Of a stretch of 64,000 bases of DNA, positions 52,480 through 64,000 are shown piece after piece. The position numbers and the translations under genes are program-made. The notes below the pieces were generated by a model that was not told the DNA's origin, searched no databases, and worked only from the letters and a program-made list of their open reading frames with translations. The stretch comes from Camelus ferus (taxonomy: Eukaryota), in contig NC_045707.1 of NCBI RefSeq assembly GCF_009834535.1, positions 60,080,001 to 60,144,000 of the forward strand. The letters are read 5' to 3'. Position 1 is the first letter of the stretch, and each line of letters starts with the position of its first letter.

Positions 52480-53300
52480 CCTATCTCTCCCCATGGACTC
52501 ACCTCCGGTGCTAACATCAGCATCCGGCATCCCTCCTGCTTGTCTTTGTTCGTGCTTCCAGAGTAAGCCTTCAAAAACTAACAGTGTGATCTAAAGTCCT
52601 CCCATGGTTCCCCATTACCTTAAGGAAAATAGCCAAATTCCTTATTGTGGTATAGAACAGGGTTTCTCAAACTTTATCAGAATCACCTGAAGGGCTTATT
52701 AAAACAAAGATTCCTAGGCCCCCTATCCTTCTCAACTTTTTCCCTAAAAATGGGTCTAGGGCGGGGCAGAAGAATTTGTAGTCCTAACAAGACCCCAGCT
52801 GATGCTGTCTGTCTGGGACCCACCCTTTGAGAACCACTGGTATAGATCTTTTATGATCTAGCCCCTACCCACACCTCCTGCTTCATCCCTCACACCTGCT
52901 CCATGGCTGCCAATTGGGTAAAACTGACTAATTGATGACACGTCTGTCTTACTCAGCAACAATCACCCCCACCTGTGCATATGCTGTTCTCAGCCAGGAA
53001 TTCCCTCCCCTCCACTCTTCCCCGTGCCCCCACCATCATATCTGGTAACTCTTGTTCAACCCCAAAAAAACTCCTTTGGGATGCCTCCCCACACACACTT
53101 CTGGGTCCCACATCTGAGTTTAGTGCCACTCCCGTGCTGCCTCTGTACCCACTTTTCATATCTGAGGTCTAATTACTGTGTGTTTATCTGCCTGCTCCCT
53201 CACCAGACTGGCTGTGCTAAGGGCAGGAACTGTAGCTTCCTTATCCTCATATCCCAAGTGCCTAGCACATTGGCTGAGATGTTGGAGATCAATAAATGTG
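52480..53300 (+). mobile_element. L2 3' region (interrupted by MER5A)
   Basis: Ends agggcaggaactgt...atcccaagtgcctagcacattggc...tcaataaatgt. Confidence 0.8.
52658..52839. mobile_element. MER5A hAT-Charlie MITE
   Basis: TIRs cagggtttctcaaa / tttgagaaccactg; 8-bp TSD gtataga(a/t) at 52650-52657 and 52840-52847. Confidence 0.92.
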
Positions 53301-53481
53301 GAGGAGGGTGGAGAGAGAGAGGGAGAGGAGGAGGGACATTTTTGGTTGCTGATTGTGATAATGGTCAAAAACAAAGGAATGGCATAAAGGAAGTAGTAAT
53401 AATATTAGGAAGGACAGAGGGGGAAAAAGGAATTAGTAGTTCCTAACATGAACTCCTAGCATGTATCAGATACTGGGTTAC

Positions 53482-53823
53482 ATGCAGTTAAATGCATACG
53501 TTGAAACCCAATCCCCAGTGTGATGTGTTGGGAGGTGGGGTTTTGGGGAGGGGATTAGGTCCTGAAGGTAGCACCTTCATAAATGGGATCCATGCCCTTG
53601 TGAAAAAAGAGCCCAGAGAGTTCCCTTGCTCCTTCCTCCACGTGAAGACACACTGAGAAGACAGCCATCTAGGAGCCAGGAAGCAGGCTCTCATCAGACA
53701 CCGAATCTGCTGGCTTTTTGATGTTGGACTTGCCAGCCTCCAGAACTGTGAGAAATAAATGTGTGCTGTTTGAGCCACCAGTCTCTGGTATTCCTGTTAC
53801 AGCAGCCGGAAAGGTTTAAGACA
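53482..53823 (+). mobile_element. MaLR solo LTR (MLT1A-like) inserted in a MIR
   Basis: cagacaccgaatctgctggc...cagcctccagaactgtgagaaataaatg...taagaca. Confidence 0.92.
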
Positions 53824-54715
53824 ATGTTACCTCATCTAGTCCTCAAAGTGGGATAAATACTACCTGACATATAAGAAATCTAGGGCATGGAAAAGTGAAG
53901 TGGCTTGTTCGGCATCCCACAGCTGTGGGGTGGTTGTGGGGCTACAGGGGGTGACTGTAGTGTAGACTTTACTGTAAGTGCCATGAAGAGTTTACCCCAG
54001 GGATAAATTTTTTAGTGTATATCTTGTTAATGTTCATGAGTTTTTGTTGCTCTGATAAATATCACTTGATCTTGCATCCCCCTTCCCTCCAGAGGGGGTT
54101 CTGCCTCACAGAGCAGGGGGACCCTAAGGCTTCATGGAGGCTTCCCAGACTCAACAGCCCACCCGTGTGAGGGGCTTCTGTGGCTGCTGGGTGTCGCTTC
54201 TGTGTGGTCTTGCTCTGCCTCTGTATTGTATCCTTAACGTTATATAAATGTGGAACCAACCAACTAAACCAGACGGGTAAACATCTGCTAATAGTTCTTC
54301 CTTGTCTATATTTCCACTACACTACATTTTACTATAATGGAGGTAAACATTCACTGGCAAGAAAAATCTGAATAAATTAAAAGTATAGTAGATAAGATTA
54401 TTTTTCCTCCCTTTGGATATTCATCCAAATACACACACACACACCCACACACACACCAGAAATGAGTTTGTTTGAAAGTAGATTTTATGGACATTTGGGA
54501 TAAGGCTTCAATGAAAAATTCAGCTAATTTGCTACAAATATACCAACTCTTACAGCTCATAAAATCAGTTCAGCATAAACTTGGGAACCATATAGTGACT
54601 TGGAATAAACGAGTACTGCTCTATAGGAATGTTCACTTTCCTTGAATCCTGTGTCCTTTACACAGGATTTATGCTAAAATCATGAAATGCTTACAGCTAC
54701 AAGGTATCTTTAGGG

Positions 54716-55086
54716 CAGTGGTTCTTACCTCCGCTGCAGAGTAGAATCACTTGGGGAGCACTCAAATATCTCTATGCTCAGGTTGTACCTCAAGGTAATT
54801 GTACCAGAACCTCCAGGATTGGCACCTAGGCATCAGGGTTTTTAAAAGCCTGCCAGGTGATTCTCATGGACAACCAGGATTAAGGGTCACTTCTTCCAAG
54901 ATGGTCTGCAGTGGAATTCAAACCTGGCTCTTTTATAGAATTACCTGGGGAATTTTAAAGGCTACCACACCCACACCCACCTAGAGAGATTTTGATTTGG
55001 TTTGGGTGGGGGAGCCCAGTCCTATCTACACATAAAAGCAGCCCCAGGGGATTGATGCTAATGAGAGGCAGGTTTGAGAAGTATTG
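54716..55086. mobile_element. Two tandem MER5B-like MITEs (54716-54891, 54909-55086)
   Basis: Each has cagtgg...agaat(c/t)ac(c/t)tgggga...ccagg(t/g)gatt with a TIR-like end. Confidence 0.75.
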
Positions 55087-56364
55087 TCTTAAATCAATGG
55101 TTCCTTTACTATACTAGATTGCAGGAAAAAAAAAGGAAAAAAAAAAAAGGATAATCCTTCTCTCCTCAAAGCAAAGCACCAGATCCGGGGCATAAGAAAA
55201 CTGCTGGTGAAAACTTTGCCCTCTCTGGCTACACAAATGAGCCTATTTGCCTTCCCAAAGAGGCTACTCTTCTTCCTGTAATTGCATTAAGAAGAAAGAA
55301 AAACCTGTTCATTCTCAAAAGGCAAACACCGTCCCTCTTAGCGCTGTGGTGTCAATGTAGCTATGTAAACCCTGTCCATCCGAACCCACAGACGTTAAAA
55401 GAACCCCTGGTTCCCACAGCCTGGGCTTCTTTCCAGGGAAAAGCACAGACGTTCAGATCACTGAAAGCAAGCAGTGTGTCACTAATCTTTGCCTCTAGAC
55501 AGGCAGCCAAAGAAAACCCCCAACCAGAGCACTCAAAGGAAGACACCCCAGACCATGAAATCTCCTTTCATCCTTTTAGCTGCTTGAATTGATTTCAGGC
55601 TACTAACCTGGATCCTTAAGGGAGGATCTTTCGGGGATAAGCTTTTTTTTTTTCTTTTTAAAATAGTATGAGACCCTGCCTCTATTTGGCAATTGCTTTT
55701 GAAAAGTTCTGAAATAGACTGCTAAAGCTGCGTTTTCTTTCTGAGACAACTTTAGGACCAGTGGCATTTCTCTGCTCTAACACATGAGAGCCACAGGGAG
55801 ATCCTAAAAGAGCTCTGAGTTGCCAGCCGAAGCATCAGATGCCGAGTTGCTGAGGAGAGAAAGGGCTTTCTAGGAGTGATCTACCAGCCTGTGTTTGCCT
55901 GTGGTTTTTCCAAATAGCCGCCGTGTTAATTACTACATCAGCTACTGAACTACTTACTCTCCAAAGGTCTTAGAGTTTGAGTGAAGTTTCCTCCCACCAA
56001 GGCTGGAGGAAATAAGTCACTGCCACACAGCCAAATGTCACCTCGATTTCTTTTTTCAGGCGTATACACTTAAATCAGCAATGCCGCTCCAAGAAATGTA
56101 ATTAAGTTGCTTTGGTGAACACAGAACAGCAGTAAGTGGCCTTTAAAAATATCAAAGTGTGAGGGGGGAAGATGTAAGGGGAACAAAAAGTAGATAAAGA
56201 TGATGAAAAGAAAGGGCACTATGAGAATGACTGGGTAGGGAGTAGTTGTGAGTGGCAAGCCAGCCTTCATTTGGAGAGTGTCAATTCCAGAGAGACAGCT
56301 GGGGTTGTTTCATTATGGAGTTGATCTCTCTGGGAAAAATAATAAAAACAAAAATTTCAAATCG

Positions 56365-56690
56365 AGGGTTCTTAAAAATAGATTATTACTACCTGAATCT
56401 GAAAGTAGCAGTGAGGTTACATAAGAGAATGTCCCTGCTCTTAAGAGATTTCAGCTGAACTGACATTGAAACAGCTACAAAAATAATAATAAATGCTTAT
56501 GTAAAAATAAAAATGTGTTTCTTATTGTTATAAAGAATAAAAATGTGTCATATATGGAGAAAGAGAATGCAAATGTGACAGGTGTTAACAAAAGGTGTAT
56601 GTAGGTGAATCTAAGTGAACTGCAATAGACTTGTAACTTCTCTGCAGGTTTAAAAGTTTTTCCAAATAAAAAGTTTAATTAAAAAAGAAC
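56365..56690 (+). mobile_element. L1MC4/5-like 3' end
   Basis: taagagaatgtccctgctcttaagaga...ggtgaatctaagtgaa...ttccaaataaaaagtt. Confidence 0.7.
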
Positions 56691-58740
56691 ACCTTAATAA
56701 AAATGCTGCAGAGGAAGTTACTCAAAGGAACTATACAAAAAGAGTTTAAAATGAGGGGCTTGAAAATAGGTTTTAGTCTGTTCTAGAAACCATTAACAGG
56801 CGATTGGCGGTACATTCTCCTCTCGTATGACAGTTATTGTTATTAGAGGTGTTGTGAACACGTTTCAGCGCATCCAAGTAACACAGCACACTACTCTGTA
56901 CCACGGTGACCTTTTTAATATTCTGCAAATTGATTGCCAAGCCATTCCTGCTCCCCCTTGTTTATAGCCTGGGTGACCTAGAAGACAATGGGCAAGACTG
57001 GGCAGCTGCGAATCTGCATTTCTGTGCTCATCCACACTCACAGTCACATTTCTCTCCCTCCCAGAGACTTCATGTCAACACTTAGTGTAGGTCTGGAGAG
57101 CAGCAGCACCAAGAATCTTCTATAAGGACAGGTTTAAGAGCCTCAAGCAGTTGTGTGAGCTGCTTAGAGGTTCTCAGTTGAACACCACAAGCAGCAGATT
57201 TATACTTTTCTGTATTACAAACTATGAGAGTAAAATAATATAACCCTTTAAAAAATGTAGAGTGCACATAACCCTTCAAACCATGATATACCCAGATTGT
57301 TCATCTATTTTTCTATTATTAAATTATCTTTGCCTGTTGTTTTCATGTATCTTTTTTAATCCATAAAAATGTCCTTCCGTATGCTAAATCTTCATGGATG
57401 CTGATCCCATTGACCTCACGCTAAGGTTTCCTCTAAAAGCCCTGCAACGAGCAATCCTAAACTGCGAATCACACTCAGATTATGAAATAAGAGGAAGTCA
57501 ACACCTACCTTAAGCTTGATGACTTAGAATTCCCCAGCAGACACACATTCCCATAAATAACCAACAAAAGTGGACACAGAAGAAGCCAGGTGTATTCAGT
57601 TTCTTCAAAGCAACTGCCCTGTTTCTGTTAGAACAATCCTGTTGTTCTAAGTGATGGGGAGAAAATAAACTTCATTTCTAGTACTTGGCTAACATTTACT
57701 TGCACACACTTCATTCATATCTTTGGGGGAAAACAAGCAAAAATGGAATTAGCTAGCATGAAAATAAAATGGAACACAGAGTGATTTTTTTCCCACATGT
57801 TGGAGGATATAGAGAAAAGATAAAGCTAGAAAAAGTTAATCACTTCTTGCCACACACTGACAGCACAAATCGAAATTCAAGATGTGCTTGCTAGGTAGAA
57901 ACACCAAGAGACTGGTCTCTTTTTCTTTTAGAAATAAACAATCAGGGAAGGGAATTTCTATTTGAGTAGCTCAATATAGAGAAGAATTATACATTCAACT
58001 GTCCTTATCAGTGAATTCAAAACCGTACTGCACGGAACACTCAGTAAGTATAAAATAAGTCGTAAACAGAAAGTTAGGGTCACCTTTTAGTTATTCAACC
58101 CTGTAGAGAGTCTAAACTGAATATGTGAAAAAAAGTTCAGAAACAGCAGACAGTTTTGCTCCTCAACTCAACAGGTCTTTGCAAAATGTATCTCCCTTAA
58201 AGGAAATCCTGTTTCTCTCCAAGTATTCAAAGTCCCAAGTCCTAGACCGGAAGCTCTGTGGAACAGGAGAGCAAGGGAACAGCCTTGAACTCTTAAAGGA
58301 ACTGGACGTGGGTAGGTATCTGTGGACTTTTACTCATTTTTATTCCATCAAACACAGTGACAGGGCTGTACCTTTTCCTCTTGCCAACGGATTGATGAGG
58401 GCCAGTTGGGGGAGGAAGTTCATCAGCTTCCATTGACGGGTTATTGGTTTCTTCTAATGTTTTTGGCAAAGATGCCTTTAGGAACTAAAACACCAGCAAA
58501 GACCAGCTTGTTGATTTGTTTATTCCACTCACGGAATGCCCGCCTCCCCCCAACCACAGCTGTTGGGAATTCAAACAGAAAAGTTAACTTATTATAAATA
58601 ATATGGATAGTGGACAAATAGCAGGTACAGCCCTCAGGCAAAATTACCATTAAAAAAAAATAACTCTTTTCCATAACTTCATGTTATCACTGCCTGCAAT
58701 CCCCAAATACTCAAACTACACATTACATTTTATGTAATAT

Positions 58741-58785
58741 AGATAGATGCAGACATAATAGACAGACAGACAGACAGATGGATAG
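58741..58785. repeat. (GATA)/(GACA) tetranucleotide repeat
   Basis: Seen directly. Confidence 0.8.
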
Positions 58786-60687
58786 AAGTGTATTTGAACC
58801 TTCACTGCAAGTCTGATTTACTGCCTGGAAAACTTTTAAACCTCAGAGTTCCTAAGATATTACATGTGAGGGTTCAGTCTACACATTTGATGAAAATGAA
58901 CTATCATGTTTCTGATTTATATGTTTCATTAAAATCTACTATTTAAATGATTCCTTATTGGCACCTAAGTAGTGTCAAAAAGTGACACTAGACATAGTGA
59001 GAATATGCATGCACACGTGGGCTTTAATTTGATTTCCTACTCTCAAAAAATTCTCAAACATTTCCTGTTTCTTAAAAGGAACATATTACTTAGCTCAACA
59101 AGGACCCCAACTCTGTTTATGACAAACCAAGGCATTTCATCCTGAGACCCTCAACATTTTACTCACTGAGTGACTCTTCTGCATAAACACGATTCAAGTC
59201 ACAATCTGCAATTCGAGATGGAAACTGATGGAAAGGATGGATATAGGGCCTAAATCACATGACATGGAATGCAGAGTCGCATCTCAGCTCCTGTACTAAC
59301 TGTCATAGGAGAGCAGATGTGAAAGCTAATGTCTGTTTCCTTGATGCTTTGCAGATTAGTGAGGTTCTCCTAGTAATGTATAAACTTGATGTCATGAGTG
59401 CTCATGAAGCCAGTTTTATTTCCAGCTGAATCGGGAGTCTTACTTAAAAGGGCAACTCTTATTACTTCCGCCATACAACCGTGTTTGTTCTGTGGTAATA
59501 CCAGCTATCATTAATCTACCTAAGAACCAAAGTTTATTTAACTCTTCCACGCTGGGCTGTACACAGTATCCAATTAGAATGACAGATCCTGGGGCTAGTG
59601 AAGATAGATGATTATTTCCTTTATAAGAAAATTTCCCTATTATCTTTAGAAACATCTAGGTAAGAACCATTTCTTTCTTGCCAATGCTACCAAATAGGGT
59701 ATGAGTGGAGAAATATAAACTGAATGCTGGTCATAAGAACATATGCCCAAAGACAATTTCATTAATTCAAAAATGAAGCCAAATTGAACAAAAAGCTCAT
59801 AGATGATGTACAGATGATGAGAAAAATATATAGTCCTTCCGATTTCTTTCCTGAACTCTGAGATCCCTTAGAAGTGATGAGATTTTCATGAGGAAAAGTT
59901 AAAGTGATTGCGGGCATAGATTTGTTCCATTGAAGGCAAGTGCAAACCCTAGCAAAGCACATATTTGGGAACGTATATACCCAAAAAATTTACTCAGGAG
60001 CATCTGACTTCCTTTGAGAGTTTTAAGAGATGACTCAATCAAACTATTCATTTGAAAACTGAGATCCAAAGTCTGTAGTTGGGATTTATAACCGTTTTAT
60101 TACCTTTTTTTCTCCTAAAATTTTCACCAGTCTTTCTACAGGCTGTTACATCCTGATGTCTGTGGGAGGCTTCCAACTCTGTTTCAAAGTTCTGAAAAGA
60201 AGAATGTTCACAACATGTTATTTTTGTAGAACATCTAACTTTTGAAATCCTTCAAAACTCTTTAAAAGGAACTCTCTGGGAGGATATATTTTACCCATAC
60301 AAGTTGATTAAATTTGTATCCAACAAATCAATTACAAAAAAAGTTTGGAAATAATTATCAGGATTATAACCTCTAATTTTGCAACTCTGAGTTTTCCAGA
60401 ACACATGTATAGTAATCAGAGTAATAATACAATAATACATATTTTTCCCTAACTTGGTTCATAAAGCCTAATTCATATTTCTACTATCTTTAATATAGCA
60501 AAGACCTTTACTTCTTGCTTCAGCATTGTAATTTAATAATTCAAATACAGCCTTTTCTTCAGATTTTCTCACTTCAAGATACTTTATAATTTTGCTTGAG
60601 ACATTTGTTTGTTGCCCAACTGTAAATTTAAATGTAACTCAGGAGTCCTCACGTGATAGAACAGGAGGAAGGAATCTCTAAAGAATG

Positions 60688-60860
60688 ATTACTCAGTCAG
60701 CAAACTTAGTGTGGACCTACTATGTGCAAGGCAGAGGACACCCCCCACACACTAAAAGAGATAACAAAAGTGGCAGAGAACCATTCCTGTACTAAAGAAG
60801 CTTTCTGTCCTACTGGGAACAATGGCTTATGAGAATGAAACATTTAAATAGTAGTATAAG
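60688..60860 (-). mobile_element. L2 3' end
   Basis: cagtcagcaaacttagtgtggacctactatgtgcaaggca. Confidence 0.65.
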
Positions 60861-61399
60861 AGAATATACACTTCAAATGAGGAACCTGCCAGAAAGAACA
60901 CTAGTGTCTTGTGCATTGCTTCTTACTGCTATGTGGGTAGCCTTGTTGAAGCTGGGTTCTACACAATTCAAGAATCAATACCACTCAAACAATGACCTGA
61001 TAATACAGATCCAAACTCAGGCCACTGTCATTCCGTACAGATGGAGGAACCCGCTTCCTCGGTGCTAAGGGAAGAGTGCCTCTCACTTGAGCTCCCAACA
61101 CTTGTAGGTCTTAGCTCTCAACTTCTGGGGGTCTGGGTTAGTTCAATGTCAACCAACCAGAGACCACTTTAGGTTCCCTCCCCAGGGTGTCAGGCAGCTT
61201 TTCTTCTTATATTCTTCAAACACAAGGTTGTTACTCTTCTGAAGAAGTTAATACTCTGTGAATCAAAGACAGTTTTACCCTGCTATTGAAGAACCCTTAT
61301 ATCTTTGGAGGAAGATGAAGGTCGATGGTACCTTTTATGATTCCAAGGCAAAATTCTGGCACCTCTCTTGAGAAAGATTTTTTTAAATTGTAAGTAATT

Positions 61400-61685
61400 A
61401 CTACAGGATGCAATGTACAACATGATGATTATGGCTGGTGTATGATATATAGGAAAGCTGTTATGAGAGTTAAGAGTTCTTATCACAAAGAGAAAGTTAT
61501 TTTCATTTTTCTCTTATTCTTCATTTCTTTTCTTTTTAGTGCATCTATATAAGAAGACAGATTGTTAGCTGAATCCATTGTGGTAATCATTTCACAATAC
61601 ATGTAAATCAAACCATAATGCTGTATGCCTCACTTATACAGTGATGTATGTCAATTATTTCTCCATGAAACTGAAAAAAAATTTA
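61400..61685 (+). mobile_element. L1 3' end (L1MA-like)
   Basis: gatgcaatgtacaacatgatga...tgtggtaatcatttcacaata...tatgtcaattatttctc followed by an A tail. Confidence 0.85.
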
Positions 61686-62069
61686 AAGAACTAGAATGAT
61701 ACAGCTTAAAAATTCTTCAGAACGAGATAAACTGCCAACATCACTACTTTGTTTACCCTTTGTATTTAATAAACTTACATATCATACAGAAAGAAATAGT
61801 AAAAAAAATATTTTTAAAAAAATAGGTAAGCCCTAATGGGATATTCTACTATGCACAGATTAATAACATTGAAATGTCTCCCCTGTTTTCCAAGTGGGTG
61901 TGATAGTGATTTAACAAAGACCTGGGAAAAAAGGTATTAACATTGGTGTTGGGATGGAGACTCTGTCAACTAGAGCCATTTCCCAACAACAACTTTACTG
62001 AACCTAAAGACTGATCAGGCTTCTTAATAGACAAAAAAATAAAATAAAATAAAATAGGAAAAGAAAAAA

Positions 62070-63370
62070 ATAAAGTCAAGTGTGAAACAAAGTTTTAAGC
62101 CTGGGAAATAAATGAGAATAATACTATGCCATGAGTAAGTGGGAGTTATGTAAATGTAGCTGGTTTTGGATAAAAAATGATTAATTCACTTTGAGAAATG
62201 TTGGTTTGGAGCATTTTAACAGCAGAACATCCAAGTGGAAGTATCTAATGGACAATTTGAAATTTTAAAAATAGAACATGGTTAAGAATGAGAAGTTACT
62301 GTATAGTGCCGGGAGTCTTCCACTTCTTAGAGAACTGTAGCCTCGTAGATGAGCTCATTACGATCAAAGAGTGGGATAAAAAAGATACATCATCGAAAAA
62401 GTTGAAGAAGTACCAGCCTCTCAGAGATACTGCAGGTTCACCGAAAAGCAAATATTGCAATATAGTGAGTCACTCAAATTTTTTGGCTTCCCAGGCACAA
62501 ACAGAAGTTATGTTTATGCTATCCTCTAGCCTATTAAGTGTGCAATATCATTATGTCTAAAAAACAATGCATATATCTCAATTAAACTACTTTATTGCTA
62601 AAAAATGCTAACCATCACCTGAGCCTTCCTTAAGTTGTAATCTTTTTGCAGCAATAACATCAAAGATCACAGATCACCATAACAATATAGTAATACTTTT
62701 ACAAGTTCAAAATATCACGAGAATTACCAAAATGAGACAGAGATGTGAAGTAAGCAAATGCTGTTGGAAAAGTGACTCCGATAGACTTGCTCGATGCAGA
62801 GTTGCCTCAAACCTTCAATTTGTAAGAAACAAAATACCTGAGAAGCAAAATAAAGCAAAGCATAATAAAACGAGGTATGCCTGTATGGTCAGAAGGACAG
62901 TCGTGTAGTGTTGACTTGGAAGTGGAAAAGAATGTCAGTGTAACAGAAATCTGTAGAGAAAGAACATGGAAAACCTAAACTAGAAAACCATCCATTCAAG
63001 TGGATGGATGTCAACTGTGTTAAATGTCATGGAGAGATCAGAGGAAACAGAGTCTAAAAATAAACCCTTGGATTTTAAACAAAGGAAAAAAGTATAACTA
63101 TTTGTGAGCCAATCTTGCACTGGGTGCTTTTACTTACATGAACTGTTTTAAGGAGAAAAGTTCAGCAGTGTCCCTGGATGTGGTGACCAAACAGAGAATT
63201 CTGACAGGGCAAGAACAGAGCAACATGAAGTGAGGACTCAGGGGATCAGTGGGGGTCAAGCTGGATTCTCTCCTAATCAAGATGGAACAATCTCTACTTG
63301 CTTGGAATCAGGGAGGAAGAAACCCGTAGGGAGAGAGACTGGAGGGATTACGGTCAAAGCTAAAGACTGC
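62070..63370 (-). mobile_element. L2 fragment interrupted by Tigger1
   Basis: ttttaagcctgggaaa...aacatccaagtggaagtatcta...tcaactgtgttaaatgtcatggagagatca. Confidence 0.65.
62413..62883 (-). mobile_element. Tigger1 internal-deletion derivative (~470 bp)
   Basis: Right end aataaaacgaggtatgcctg is the reverse Tigger1 5' TIR; the left end is a degenerate 3' TIR; TA flanks on both sides. Confidence 0.9.
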
Positions 63371-64000
63371 AATGGTATATGCTGAACAGTTGAAGTTTTA
63401 GCATTAATTAGCAATAATGAGCAATTTTATATTCTCTATCAAAGCGTTAATTTTGTTTAATTATGCATGGAATGAGTCTGTTTCTGTATCGGCTCTCCTT
63501 GTCTCCCTGCCCTTTGCTTTTATGGCTTTGCATTTTTAAAAACAGTCTTTTCCATTTCACTATACCCTTGTGAACAGTTAACTAGTTTTACCAAGAAATA
63601 TACATTTTGAGTAATCAGCTTAATTGTTGACCCAATCACACATTTATAAATTATTAAAAAAAAATTCACCAGGGAATTTCAAATCATCCCTAAAAATCAA
63701 CCAGATGTTGCTCACATAGTTTATTGTAATAAATTGTTTAAGCTTTTAACTCATAGCAGTGACACTCCTGCTTCCTTCAAATCGTCTTGCCTCATTAGAC
63801 ATTGGATGTATTCTCAAAACTGCATAAATGTATCTGTGAAGCAGGATAACTACCAAAAAGGAATTTCCTCATTTCTTGTGTTACTGAGATCTTCCAAATA
63901 CCAAGTATTATCGTGCAATATTCTAAACTGGCGGTCTATTTCCTGTATTCAGAGCAATATAATCTTATCTAAACCAAACGACAAGTACCTTCCAGTGCCT

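Noticed and set aside
1..64000. CRISPR arrays, operons, rRNA, snoRNA/miRNA, NUMT or processed pseudogene
   Set aside because: None recognised by eye; small RNAs cannot be excluded without an Rfam/Infernal search.

Overview
Mammalian genomic DNA, most likely camelid: it carries two tRNA-derived vic-1-type SINEs and camelid/artiodactyl-type L1 3' ends. There are no prokaryotic features. The window holds the 5' end of a minus-strand gene that I cannot name with confidence. Its CpG-island promoter and first exon lie at ~51270-50878, with a pure (CGG)12 tract and an AUG uORF. A ~50.6 kb first intron follows, then a 211-nt putative exon 2 at 288-78. About 12.7 kb of upstream flank completes the window. 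Identifiable sequence in the intron and flank is interspersed repeats (L1, L2, MIR, MaLR LTRs, Tigger/hAT MITEs), several nested with readable target-site duplications. The most interesting signal is that exon 1 and exon 2 splice in phase into an uninterrupted frame of at least 108 codons. This frame has no upstream in-frame AUG. It sits one base out of frame from a good-context AUG, across a U7 run, and 5 of the 7 CpGs in exon 2 fall in Arg codons of this frame. Almost all entries in the supplied ORF track are chance or repeat-derived.
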